Below are positions 1 through 8,612 of a stretch of 34,926 nucleotides of DNA, in pieces. Positions within the stretch are counted from its first letter, which is position 1, and each line of letters opens with the position of its first letter. The stretch is from a virus. Its lineage: Duplodnaviria; Caudoviricetes. The position numbers and the translations under genes are program-made. Location: positions 1-34,926 of the IMG/VR virus record IMGVR_UViG_3300031951_000638; one strand, written 5' to 3'. A model generated the notes under the pieces. That model was given only the letters and a program-made list of their open reading frames with translations. It made no database searches and was not told the origin of the DNA.

Positions 1-1
1 T

Positions 2-214
2 AAAAGTATTAGAAATAATAATTTAAAACAATTTAATCAAATTCTTCAAAAAGCAAAAGAATTAAACAAAATAGATATATATAATACATTAAAAAAATGT
101 TTTGAGTTTTTCACTAAATTACATAAACTTTTTCCAAATAGATATATAGATGCAAATGATGGAAATACAGGAATTGATAGAAGAGATGGTAAAATAAAAA
201 TATTTGACTTATAA
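2..214 (+). CDS. 3' fragment of a possible protein-kinase-like protein (5' end outside window)
   Basis: Frame 2 is open from the window start to TAA at 212-214 and ends ...YIDANDGNTGIDRRDGKIKIFDL*. This resembles the kinase catalytic loop (D-x4-N) followed by a DFG-like 'IFD'. Not in the ORF track. Confidence 0.45.
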   Translation, partial: KSIRNNNLKQFNQILQKAKELNKIDIYNTLKKCFEFFTKLHKLFPNRYIDANDGNTGIDRRDGKIKIFDL

Positions 215-224
215 ATTTAATAGA

Positions 225-485
225 ATGGCCCCATACATAGACATAGAAGTTACTGACAAATATATTATTCGTGAATTTAACGAAAATATAGATCCTATTG
301 AGTTAAAATGGCATAGGGATAATGAATTACGTATAGTAGAAATATTAGGAGAAACAGACTGGAAAATACAACTTGATAATGAATTGCCAACTTCATTAAA
401 CCAACTAATACGTATAGACAAACACCAATGGCATCGTGTTATTAAAGGAACAGGAACGCTTAAATTAAAAATACATAAATCATGA
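225..485 (+). CDS. Small cupin-like hypothetical protein
   Basis: ATG at 225 is preferred over TTG at 204, which overlaps the upstream ORF. WHRD and WHRVIKG motifs resemble the two cupin His motifs. Confidence 0.5.
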   Translation: MAPYIDIEVTDKYIIREFNENIDPIELKWHRDNELRIVEILGETDWKIQLDNELPTSLNQLIRIDKHQWHRVIKGTGTLKLKIHKS

Positions 486-730
486 ATAAAGAAGCTCTTA
501 AAAAAATTATTAGAGAGGAAATTAAAAAAGCTCTTCAACCTGTTGTTAAACCTGAAAAAGATAAAGAAGAAAAAGAAGTACTTCCTGGTCCTCCTCCCAA
601 AGAACCTAAACGTAGAACATTAACTCCTCCTGAAAAAACCCCAGAAAAAACCCCAGATAAGGCAGTTAATGAAACTGAAAATGATAAGCTTTTAAAGAAA
701 ATAATGCAAAGATACAGGTCAGGAAAATAA
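482..730 (+). CDS. Pro/Lys/Glu-rich hypothetical protein, putative head-internal protein
   Basis: ATGA overlap with the previous gene. N-terminal LKKIIREEI tag is shared with other ORFs; internal VNE site. Confidence 0.6.
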   Translation: MNKEALKKIIREEIKKALQPVVKPEKDKEEKEVLPGPPPKEPKRRTLTPPEKTPEKTPDKAVNETENDKLLKKIMQRYRSGK

Positions 731-744
731 CACACTCATAAAAC

Positions 745-1785
745 ATGGCAGAATACAAAGATATATTTTCACCTAAAACTTTAGCAGGACTTAAAGGTCA
801 GTCTGAAAAAGAATTAGCTCAAATAACAAAAGGCAAATCTCTTCGTCAGATGCTTGATAAGGCTAATCAACTCATATGGAGAATACAACCAATAGAAGCT
901 GACTACAAAAAAGAGCTAGAAGATTTAGCTGTGACATTAGCAAAAGAAACATATCCAGTTATAGAATACGCTGGAATTGGAATAGATGCTAAATTGGGTA
1001 GTGATACTACTTTAGGAAAATCATATCAAACTGATCCTAAATTAAAAGAAAAATATGATATAATTATTCACGCTCGAGGAGCAATATTTCCTGTTTTAAT
1101 GCATGAAATAGCTAAAGGATTATATGAAATTATTTCTAAACAGGCATACTATACTAAAATCTCTCCTGAAAAAAGACGTATTATAAACAGTATCACCCAG
1201 GGCGCAGCCGTACAGGGAGCATTTAGTTACCATTTATATAAAGATTTTTTAGATTTAATTGATCCCGAATTAGTAAATGATTATACTAATGTTATGGATG
1301 CTACTTTTGGAGGATATCATGATGAAACTCACATAGCCAAACTAATGAGCATAATTGATCGTTATGGGGATCAATTAACCGGAGTAGGACGAATGAATGT
1401 ATCATTTCCTAAACGGACAGAAAAGGGTGATGAAGAAGCTACAAAAGTTACTCAACAAGTAGATACATATAAAAATGAATTAGATGATATAAGATATGGT
1501 AAATTCATTTATAATAGTGTAAATAATTTATGGATAGATTCTGGTTATGATGATTCTCGTGTTAGAGATTTATTTTTAGCTGAATTGTATAAATTAGAAG
1601 ACTACAATGAGTTTCAATCGTTTGTTGAAAATGCAATTAATAACGAATTAACTGAAGCTCAAAAAAGGTGGGCGTTAGGAGAAATGCGTGATATATATAT
1701 AGATCTAAAAAAAGATGATACTGGATTAACTGGTTTGGGTGAGCAATTTGTTCGTATGAATAGATTAGCTGGGTTATTAAAATAA
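745..1785 (+). CDS. Phage hypothetical protein (FPVLMHEIAKGLYE motif; C-terminal RMNRLAGLLK tag)
   Basis: 346-aa ORF. The C-terminal tail resembles the scaffold C-terminus (RMRELAGLK). Confidence 0.75.
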   Translation: MAEYKDIFSPKTLAGLKGQSEKELAQITKGKSLRQMLDKANQLIWRIQPIEADYKKELEDLAVTLAKETYPVIEYAGIGIDAKLGSDTTLGKSYQTDPKLKEKYDIIIHARGAIFPVLMHEIAKGLYEIISKQAYYTKISPEKRRIINSITQGAAVQGAFSYHLYKDFLDLIDPELVNDYTNVMDATFGGYHDETHIAKLMSIIDRYGDQLTGVGRMNVSFPKRTEKGDEEATKVTQQVDTYKNELDDIRYGKFIYNSVNNLWIDSGYDDSRVRDLFLAELYKLEDYNEFQSFVENAINNELTEAQKRWALGEMRDIYIDLKKDDTGLTGLGEQFVRMNRLAGLLK

Positions 1786-1797
1786 AAATACAAAAAC

Positions 1798-2580
1798 ATG
1801 TATAAAACTAAAAGATTGTTCTTTGACATTGAAACAAGTCCAAATATAGGAATGTTTTGGACCGCAGGTTATAGACAAAATATCAATCATGATAACATTA
1901 TAAAAGAAAGAGCAATCATTTGTATTTGTTATAAGTGGGAAGGAGAAGATAAAGTATATTCCTTGACTTGGGATAATAATCAAGATGATAAAAAAATGTT
2001 ACAAAAGTTTGTTGAGATAGCTAACGAAGCTAATGAATTAGTAGGACATAATGGAGATAAATATGATTTAGCTTGGATTAGAACTCGATGTTTATATCAT
2101 GAAATTCCAATGTTTCCCACTTACGTGACTATAGATACTTTAAAACAAGCTCGTTCTAAATTTAAATTTAATAGCAACAAATTAGATTATATAAGTAAGT
2201 TTTTAGGTTTAGGTGAAAAAATCCATACTGGGTTTGATTTATGGAAAGAAATTTTACTAAATAAAAATAAACAAGCGTTAAATGATATGGTAACATATTG
2301 TATTAATGATGTTATTTTACTTGAAAAGGTATATAATAAAATGTCATTATATTTTCCGCATAAAACTCATTTTGGAGTATTAAGCGGAGAAGAAAAATCA
2401 TCTTGCCCACACTGCACATCCGTAAACATGATTTTTTCTAAAAGACGACTATCAGCAGCAGGAACATCCAGAGTTCAATTACAATGTAAAGACTGTGGTA
2501 AATATCATACAGTATCTAATACTACTTATCAATCTATGTTAGATAAGACACATACACCGCAATTTAATTTAAATCTATAA
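1798..2580 (+). CDS. RNase H-like / DEDD 3'-5' exonuclease with C-terminal zinc ribbon
   Basis: LFFDIET (ExoI), GHNGDKYD (ExoII), YCINDV (ExoI-III type), then CPHC...CKDC. Confidence 0.85.
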   Translation: MYKTKRLFFDIETSPNIGMFWTAGYRQNINHDNIIKERAIICICYKWEGEDKVYSLTWDNNQDDKKMLQKFVEIANEANELVGHNGDKYDLAWIRTRCLYHEIPMFPTYVTIDTLKQARSKFKFNSNKLDYISKFLGLGEKIHTGFDLWKEILLNKNKQALNDMVTYCINDVILLEKVYNKMSLYFPHKTHFGVLSGEEKSSCPHCTSVNMIFSKRRLSAAGTSRVQLQCKDCGKYHTVSNTTYQSMLDKTHTPQFNLNL

Positions 2581-2588
2581 TATTTATA
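2580..2588 (+). promoter_or_regulatory. Putative late promoter motif ATATTTATA (representative copy)
   Basis: Also at 4104, 5432, 10489, 11872 (TATTTATA), 17715, 24061, 25204, 25738, 27596, 29736, 30298, 31187 and 32986, each shortly before a start codon. Confidence 0.75.
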
Positions 2589-2601
2589 ATAAAATAATAA
2601 A

Positions 2602-3288
2602 ATGAATACCTCTAATTTAAGACAACTTATCCGCGAATCTATTAATGAATATATCCGCAGTATTGACGAAGCCGGAGAACGTGCCGCAGTAGAAGCTAAA
2701 ATGAATGCTACTAAAGAAGCTATTGAACTTCGTGAGAAAAAAATGAACATGGAAGGTTTAGATGAAGCTTATCATGATATGCTTGATGAAAATAAAATGA
2801 AGCAACTTAAAGATGAAGTTAAAGCTTTAAAAAAAAGTCTATCTAAATACGAAAAACAATTAAGTAAATTCGCTTCAAAAGAAACAAAACCTGAGAATAC
2901 AGAAAAAAAAGAAATTGTTGATGAGGTAGAAATAGAAACAGGTGAACCTAACATAGGTGAAGAGATTCAAGACCCAGAATCTGGTCCCCAACTAGAGTAT
3001 GAAGAACTCAATGAACAAATTTTATACATGCAAAAAATGGCTGGTATTCTTACAAACGAAGAATACGCTGCTAAATTAGAAGAAGTAAAAAAGAAAAAAC
3101 CATCTGCGGGTTTAACTAAAAAACAAAAATCAACTGTTTCTAAAAAAGCTCACACTGGTAAAGATATTGGTAAAAAAGGTAAAGGATTCGAAAAAATAGC
3201 CAAATCAGCTGAAAAACGTTATGGTTCAAAAGAAGCGGGTGAGCGTGTAGCTGCTGCGGCAATGTGGAAAAATATTAAAAGAAAATAA
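2602..3288 (+). CDS. Putative head-internal protein with acidic middle and very basic C-terminal module
   Basis: LRQLIRESI tag, YMQKMAGIL tag, several L/I-x-E sites, Lys-rich tail; late motif upstream. Confidence 0.65.
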   Translation: MNTSNLRQLIRESINEYIRSIDEAGERAAVEAKMNATKEAIELREKKMNMEGLDEAYHDMLDENKMKQLKDEVKALKKSLSKYEKQLSKFASKETKPENTEKKEIVDEVEIETGEPNIGEEIQDPESGPQLEYEELNEQILYMQKMAGILTNEEYAAKLEEVKKKKPSAGLTKKQKSTVSKKAHTGKDIGKKGKGFEKIAKSAEKRYGSKEAGERVAAAAMWKNIKRK

Positions 3289-3290
3289 AA

Positions 3291-3536
3291 ATGATCAAAC
3301 TTATTAATCTTTTAAAAGAAATAAACATTTCTAATGACTTAAAATTCAGAGACATAGAACCAGGAAATACATATGTTGCTACTAGAGATTTTTCAATTTT
3401 TAAGAAAGGAGATCAAATAAAAGTAACATATGCTCGCCCAGTAGGATCTGAAAATATTATTGTATTAAAAAATAAAGAAGGAAAAACAGATCAGATACAA
3501 GGAGATTTAGGAGATGATGTAGAAGTATTTAAATAA
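3291..3536 (+). CDS. Small beta-rich protein with MIKLINLLKE tag
   Basis: Shares its N-terminal decapeptide pattern with 4127..4648. Confidence 0.65.
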   Translation: MIKLINLLKEINISNDLKFRDIEPGNTYVATRDFSIFKKGDQIKVTYARPVGSENIIVLKNKEGKTDQIQGDLGDDVEVFK

Positions 3537-3633
3537 ATATCTTATAGTTTATTAATTATATTATAATACTAAGTATTTTTTAAAAGATTAGGCTTACTAA
3601 ATCTTTTTTCGTATATTTAAAAAAATAAAGGTT

Positions 3634-4104
3634 ATGAATATATTTTACATTAATGAAGATCCAATTGTGGCTGCTCGTGAATTAGCAGATGGCCACATTC
3701 GCAAAATGCAAATTGAAAGTGCTCAAATGTGTTGTACAGCACATTGGGAAACAGGAGGAACAGCACCATATAAACGTGCTCATAAAAATCATCCTTCAAC
3801 TATTTGGACTAGACAATCAATCCAACATTATATTTGGTTAGTAGAACATGGTTTAGAGATATGCCGTGAATTTACTAAACGTTATGGTAAACGCCATAAA
3901 ACACAAGATGTATTAGAATGGTTAATGATTAATCATCCTAATATTCCTGATGTTGATTTTGTACCTCCTCCAAAATGTATGCCTTTAGAATATCAAATAG
4001 GAGATACTATTGAGTCTTATAAAAATTTTTATATATTAGATAAAGTAGGTATCAAAAGATTAGGTTGGAAAAAATTAAATAATAAACCGTCTTGGGTTCC
4101 TTGA
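3634..4104 (+). CDS. Pyrimidine-dimer DNA glycosylase / endonuclease V (DenV-like) family protein
   Basis: MNIFY...A...HIRKMQIESAQM, YKRAHKNHPSTIW, YGKRHK and PPKCMP are typical of this phage family. Confidence 0.8.
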   Translation: MNIFYINEDPIVAARELADGHIRKMQIESAQMCCTAHWETGGTAPYKRAHKNHPSTIWTRQSIQHYIWLVEHGLEICREFTKRYGKRHKTQDVLEWLMINHPNIPDVDFVPPPKCMPLEYQIGDTIESYKNFYILDKVGIKRLGWKKLNNKPSWVP

Positions 4105-4126
4105 TATTTATAACAAACAATTTATT

Positions 4127-4648
4127 ATGATTAAATTAATGCACTTACTCAAAGAAATGGAGATTACACCTCCAAGTGCAGTGCTTAAAAATGATTTTGT
4201 TAAGAGTGCTTATAATTTTTTCAAAAACGATCAAGACATATTTAAAAACTCGGGCATAGAAAATATAATACTAAAAAACCAAAGTAAAATTTTAGAGGCA
4301 GTTTGGGATTATTATAGTTCATTTCGCCAAGAATATGATAAAGAAGATAAAGAAGAATATAATATAAATTATCCTTCTAATAAATCAGAGCTTTTAAATC
4401 CAAATATGCAAACCGGGAATGTTAACGATTCTTGGTATATAATGTCAAATAAATTTTTACTTCCTTATATAGTTGATCATTTAAAAAAAACAGGATGGGA
4501 ATATACAGGAGAATATTATCCTGAAGTTAAAAAAGATAATAAAACTGTAGATATATTTAATTATATGGAAGATATGGTTGAGTATGATACTTCTCCTAGA
4601 GACTTCTTATACGAAGAATTCTCAGCTTATTTTGACGAAAATTTTTAA
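4127..4648 (+). CDS. Acidic/aromatic hypothetical protein with MIKLMHLLKE tag
   Basis: 173-aa ORF; late motif at 4104-4112. Confidence 0.65.
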   Translation: MIKLMHLLKEMEITPPSAVLKNDFVKSAYNFFKNDQDIFKNSGIENIILKNQSKILEAVWDYYSSFRQEYDKEDKEEYNINYPSNKSELLNPNMQTGNVNDSWYIMSNKFLLPYIVDHLKKTGWEYTGEYYPEVKKDNKTVDIFNYMEDMVEYDTSPRDFLYEEFSAYFDENF

Positions 4649-4669
4649 AAACAATAAAAAATAAAGTTT

Positions 4670-4900
4670 ATGAAAGTAGAATCACAAGTTAAGCGTTATA
4701 ACGCAACAGATGGTACTGTTAGATTTATTAAAGATGGAAAACTCCATAACACTGATGGCCCAGCTTTAATTTATCCAGATGGTAAAGAAGAATATTATTT
4801 AAATGGTTTTCCCTACACTAAAGATGAGTTTAAAAAACGTAAAAAAGAAGGTGAAGGATTACCATGGTATAAATCAGGAACTGCTAAAATGAGACATTAA
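4670..4900 (+). CDS. Small protein with a GKLHxxDGPA-type beta-hairpin repeat unit
   Basis: DGKLHNTDGPALIYPDGKEEYYLNG motif. Confidence 0.65.
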   Translation: MKVESQVKRYNATDGTVRFIKDGKLHNTDGPALIYPDGKEEYYLNGFPYTKDEFKKRKKEGEGLPWYKSGTAKMRH

Positions 4901-4901
4901 T

Positions 4902-5432
4902 ATGAAAATAGGATTTTGTGGAACAGTCTCCGTTGGAAAAACAACATTAGTTAACACTTTAAAAGAATTACCTGAATTTAAAGACTATAAGTTTGCTACT
5001 GAACGTAGTAAATACTTACGCGATTTAGGCATTCCATTAAATACGGATAGTACATTAAAAGGTCAAACTATATTTTTAGCTGAACGTTGTAGTGAATTAC
5101 TTCATGAAAATATTATCACTGATCGTACAGTTATAGATGTTATGGCATTTACAATGTGTGCTGATTCTATTGATTCTTTTGATAAAGATAGGTTTGAAGA
5201 ATATGCTTCTAGATTTATTGATGAATATGACTGGATATTTTATGTCAGTCCTTCAGGAGTAAAAATAGAAGATAATGCAGTACGTACTACTGATGCAGAC
5301 TATAGAAAACAAATAGACAAGATGATTAAATACATATGTGAATCCAATTTAAATAAAATTAGTAATTTTGGAATCATATCAGGTTCTACTGAATATCGAA
5401 TAGAACAAATAAAATTTTACTTAAATTTATAA
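4902..5432 (+). CDS. P-loop nucleotide kinase / AAA_28 (NadR-like) ATPase
   Basis: N-terminal Walker A GTVSVGKTT; IITDRTVID motif. Confidence 0.8.
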   Translation: MKIGFCGTVSVGKTTLVNTLKELPEFKDYKFATERSKYLRDLGIPLNTDSTLKGQTIFLAERCSELLHENIITDRTVIDVMAFTMCADSIDSFDKDRFEEYASRFIDEYDWIFYVSPSGVKIEDNAVRTTDADYRKQIDKMIKYICESNLNKISNFGIISGSTEYRIEQIKFYLNL

Positions 5433-5454
5433 TATTTATAACAAAATTAATATA

Positions 5455-6336
5455 ATGAAGCGTAAAGAATTAAAAGATTATATTCGTACTGAAATCATAA
5501 ATGAATTAAGTTTAGAAGAAGAAGCTGTAGCTTGGAATACGGCTAATAAAAATAAAGCTAAACAACAAATTGATAAATCTAAATTATCGGGTGATGCTAA
5601 AAAAGAAGCTAAAGATGAAATCGACCAAAATCCATCTGGTTTAATTAGCAATGTATCAGAAATGGCTCGCCATAGAAAAACTATTAAAATTGAAGACCAA
5701 GATAAATTTGATGAAGCTTTAGATTTATATGGTACTGACACTATAGAAGGAAAAATTCTTCAAATGGTTCGTGACGCAGGAGAAAACGGCACTACTCAAG
5801 AAGATATAGCTACAGAAATGGGAACATATACATCTATCTTAAATCCACGAATTAAAGAATTTGAAATAGCCAAAGTATTTACTCGTTCTGATAAAGATTT
5901 AACTTTACCATCAGATCTAGATCTTCCAGACGCTGAAGATTCAGAACTTCCAGATGTAGAAGAGCCAGAAACAGAAGAACCAGAAGTTGAAGAGCCAGAG
6001 ACAGAAGAACCTGAGAAAGAAGAACCTGAGAAAGAAGAAGAAGAAGATTTTCCTACTGAATTTGAACCATCTGCTGCTGATATTAAGAGTACTGAGAAAG
6101 AATTTGGTGGTGAGTATGGTAAAAAATTATCACCTGAAGATGAAGAAAAATACCAAAAAGTCAGAAAGGGTATTGAAGGTAAAATAAAAAAATTAGCTGA
6201 CATGAGCGCCTCAGAAAGAGCTAAATCTCCAGATTTACAAGTATTAAGAGCTTTGATTAATAAAGAAGATATTAAGAAATTATTTAAAGATAAAGGTGTT
6301 AGTTTAAAAGATCTTGTTGGAGATATAATTGGATAA
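5455..6336 (+). CDS. Modular putative head-internal protein with winged-helix-like domain and acidic EEPE repeats
   Basis: LKDYIRTEIINE tag; KILQMVRDAGENGTTQEDIATEMG helix-turn-helix pattern; (V/T/K)EEPE repeats. Confidence 0.65.
   Translation: MKRKELKDYIRTEIINELSLEEEAVAWNTANKNKAKQQIDKSKLSGDAKKEAKDEIDQNPSGLISNVSEMARHRKTIKIEDQDKFDEALDLYGTDTIEGKILQMVRDAGENGTTQEDIATEMGTYTSILNPRIKEFEIAKVFTRSDKDLTLPSDLDLPDAEDSELPDVEEPETEEPEVEEPETEEPEKEEPEKEEEEDFPTEFEPSAADIKSTEKEFGGEYGKKLSPEDEEKYQKVRKGIEGKIKKLADMSASERAKSPDLQVLRALINKEDIKKLFKDKGVSLKDLVGDIIG
5956..6040 (+). repeat. In-frame 15-nt degenerate tandem repeat encoding (V/T/K)EEPE
   Basis: gtagaagagccagaa acagaagaaccagaa gttgaagagccagag acagaagaacctgag aaagaagaacctgag. 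Confidence 0.85.
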
Positions 6337-6341
6337 ATATT

Positions 6342-6704
6342 ATGAATCAATCAAAAGACACAGGTTTAATTATTACTATTGGTGTACTATTATTAATAAT
6401 TATAATTCAATATTTTACTCTTAATAAAAATCACGATAATAAATTTAAACACCAAATAGTAAATCTTCATCGTCAAAATGATTCTTTACTTTTAAGTATA
6501 AGTAAGAGTGAATCTAAGATTTACAAAATGGATTCTTTAATTCAAATATATAAATCTAGAATAGACTCAAATAAAAATAAACTAGCGAATTTACAAATAA
6601 TAGCAGATCAAAATAAACAAAAATATAATGAAGAACGTAATCGTCTTACTAATCTTTCTAATAAATCCATTGTTGGGGAGTTCACAAACGCGTTTAAACA
6701 CTGA
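6342..6704 (+). CDS. Membrane protein with N-terminal TM helix and coiled coil (i-spanin-like)
   Basis: LIITIGVLLLIIIIQYF followed by a heptad-rich region. Confidence 0.55.
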   Translation: MNQSKDTGLIITIGVLLLIIIIQYFTLNKNHDNKFKHQIVNLHRQNDSLLLSISKSESKIYKMDSLIQIYKSRIDSNKNKLANLQIIADQNKQKYNEERNRLTNLSNKSIVGEFTNAFKH

Positions 6705-7035
6705 TAGTTTATGTTGTGTGCCGTGTAGTACTTTAAGAAACGCTTTACTCATGAAAAATGATTTTACCTACACTAAACAACAGTTAAGCGTGGCTAGAGA
6801 TTCTATTTCTTTGCTTAAAAATACAATGCTTAATCAAGATTCTATTATATATTGTAAAGATACTTCACTTACAGCTTGCTCTAGTATTAAGAAAGACTAT
6901 ATTAAAATTATAAGTAATAAAGATACTGAAATAAAGTTATATAAAAAAGAAGTTAAAAAACAGAAAAATAGAAAAATAATAGCGTATACCATTAGTATTA
7001 TATCCATACTGTTGGGAACGTATATAGCTACATGA
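6628..7035 (+). CDS. Exported coiled-coil protein with signal peptide and C-terminal hydrophobic anchor (possible spanin partner)
   Basis: MKNVIVLLIFLINPLLGSS-Q signal-like N-terminus; KKQKNRK then IIAYTISIISILLG; overlaps the upstream gene by 77 nt. Confidence 0.5.
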   Translation: MKNVIVLLIFLINPLLGSSQTRLNTDSLCCVPCSTLRNALLMKNDFTYTKQQLSVARDSISLLKNTMLNQDSIIYCKDTSLTACSSIKKDYIKIISNKDTEIKLYKKEVKKQKNRKIIAYTISIISILLGTYIAT

Positions 7036-8600
7036 CCCCAGATTTAAAACAAATAATAAGAGACGAATATGTTCTTTGCGCTAAAGATCCAGCACACTTT
7101 ATGCGCAAATATTGCTTTATACAACATCCTCAGCGAGGACGAACAATATTTCATCTATATCCATTTCAGAGCAAAGTATTAAATTTATGGCAAGATAATC
7201 CTTATTCTTTAATATTAAAATCTCGTCAGTTAGGTATATCAACATTAGCAGCCGGTTATTCTTTATGGTTAATGTTATTTCATAAAGATAAAAATATCTT
7301 ATGTATAGCAACTAAACAAGAAACTGCTAAAAATATGGTTACTAAAACCAAGTTTATGTATGACAATTTACCTACTTGGTTAAAAATACCTGCTGAAGAA
7401 AATAATAAATTAACATTACGATTAAATAATGGTTCACAAATGAAAGCAACTTCAGCTGCTAGCGATGCTGGTAGATCTGAAGCAGTTTCATTACTAATTA
7501 TAGATGAGGCTGCCTTTATTGAGGGTATTGAACCAATATGGGCTTCAGCTCAACAAACTTTAGCTACAGGAGGTGGAGCAATTGTATTATCTACACCATA
7601 TGGAACTGGAAACTGGTTTCATAAAACGTGGGTTAAAGCAGAAGCTCAAGAAAATAATTTTTTACCTATTAAGTTACCATGGTATGTTCATCCTGAACGA
7701 GATCAAGCATGGAGAGATAAACAAAATATTGAGTTAGGTGATCCTAGATTAGCAGCTCAAGAATGTGATTGTGACTTTACAACATCAGGTGATGTAGTAT
7801 ATTTTCCTGAACATTTAGAATACATGGTTACTTCTTACATTACTGATCCTATAGAAAGAAGAGGAGTAGATAAAAATTTATGGATATGGGAATCAGCTGA
7901 TTATACTAGAAACTATTTAGTAGTAGCAGATGTAGCTCGGGGAGACGGAAAAGACTCTTCTGCTTTTCATGTTTTTGATTTAGAGACAAATGCTCAAGTA
8001 GCAGAATATAAAGGTCAATTACCACCCAAAGAATTCGGTTATATGTTAGTTGGTATAGCCACAGAATATAATGAAGCCTTATTAGTAGTAGAAAATGCTT
8101 CTATAGGTTGGGCTACATTAGATTCTATTCAAGAAAGAAACTACAGAAATCTATATTATTCACCTAAAAGTGATAATGCATTAGTAGAGTCATATTTTAA
8201 TAAATATGAAGATATATCTCGAATGACTCCTGGTTTTACTACATCATTAAAAACACGACCTTTAGTAATTAATAAGGGTAGAGAATATTTAGGTGACCAT
8301 AGTGTTATTCTTAAATCAAAACGTTTAATCGAAGAAATGAAAGTATTTGTTTGGAAAAACGGTAGAGCAGAAGCCCAAACTGGATATAACGACGATTTAG
8401 TAATGGCATACAGTACAGCTATGTACATTAGAGACACAGCTTTAAAATACAGACAGCAAGGTTTAGAAATGACAAAAATAACCTTAAATAATATTCAACG
8501 ATCACCTCAATATCAGGGAGCATATTTTGCATCAGGCCCTGATAACCCATATAGTATGAACATAAAGGGGCAACAAGAAAACTTAAACTGGTTGCTTTAA
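7032..8600 (+). CDS. terL: Terminase large subunit (T4 gp17-like)
   Basis: LKSRQLGIST Walker A, LLIIDEAAF Walker B, STPYG motif, VADVARG and DDLVMA nuclease motifs. Confidence 0.95.
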   Translation: MTPDLKQIIRDEYVLCAKDPAHFMRKYCFIQHPQRGRTIFHLYPFQSKVLNLWQDNPYSLILKSRQLGISTLAAGYSLWLMLFHKDKNILCIATKQETAKNMVTKTKFMYDNLPTWLKIPAEENNKLTLRLNNGSQMKATSAASDAGRSEAVSLLIIDEAAFIEGIEPIWASAQQTLATGGGAIVLSTPYGTGNWFHKTWVKAEAQENNFLPIKLPWYVHPERDQAWRDKQNIELGDPRLAAQECDCDFTTSGDVVYFPEHLEYMVTSYITDPIERRGVDKNLWIWESADYTRNYLVVADVARGDGKDSSAFHVFDLETNAQVAEYKGQLPPKEFGYMLVGIATEYNEALLVVENASIGWATLDSIQERNYRNLYYSPKSDNALVESYFNKYEDISRMTPGFTTSLKTRPLVINKGREYLGDHSVILKSKRLIEEMKVFVWKNGRAEAQTGYNDDLVMAYSTAMYIRDTALKYRQQGLEMTKITLNNIQRSPQYQGAYFASGPDNPYSMNIKGQQENLNWLL

Positions 8601-8612
8601 CAAAAACAAAAC

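Noticed and set aside
5956-6040. Tandem repeat as a possible CRISPR array
   Set aside because: In-frame degenerate coding repeat with no unique spacers and no cas genes.
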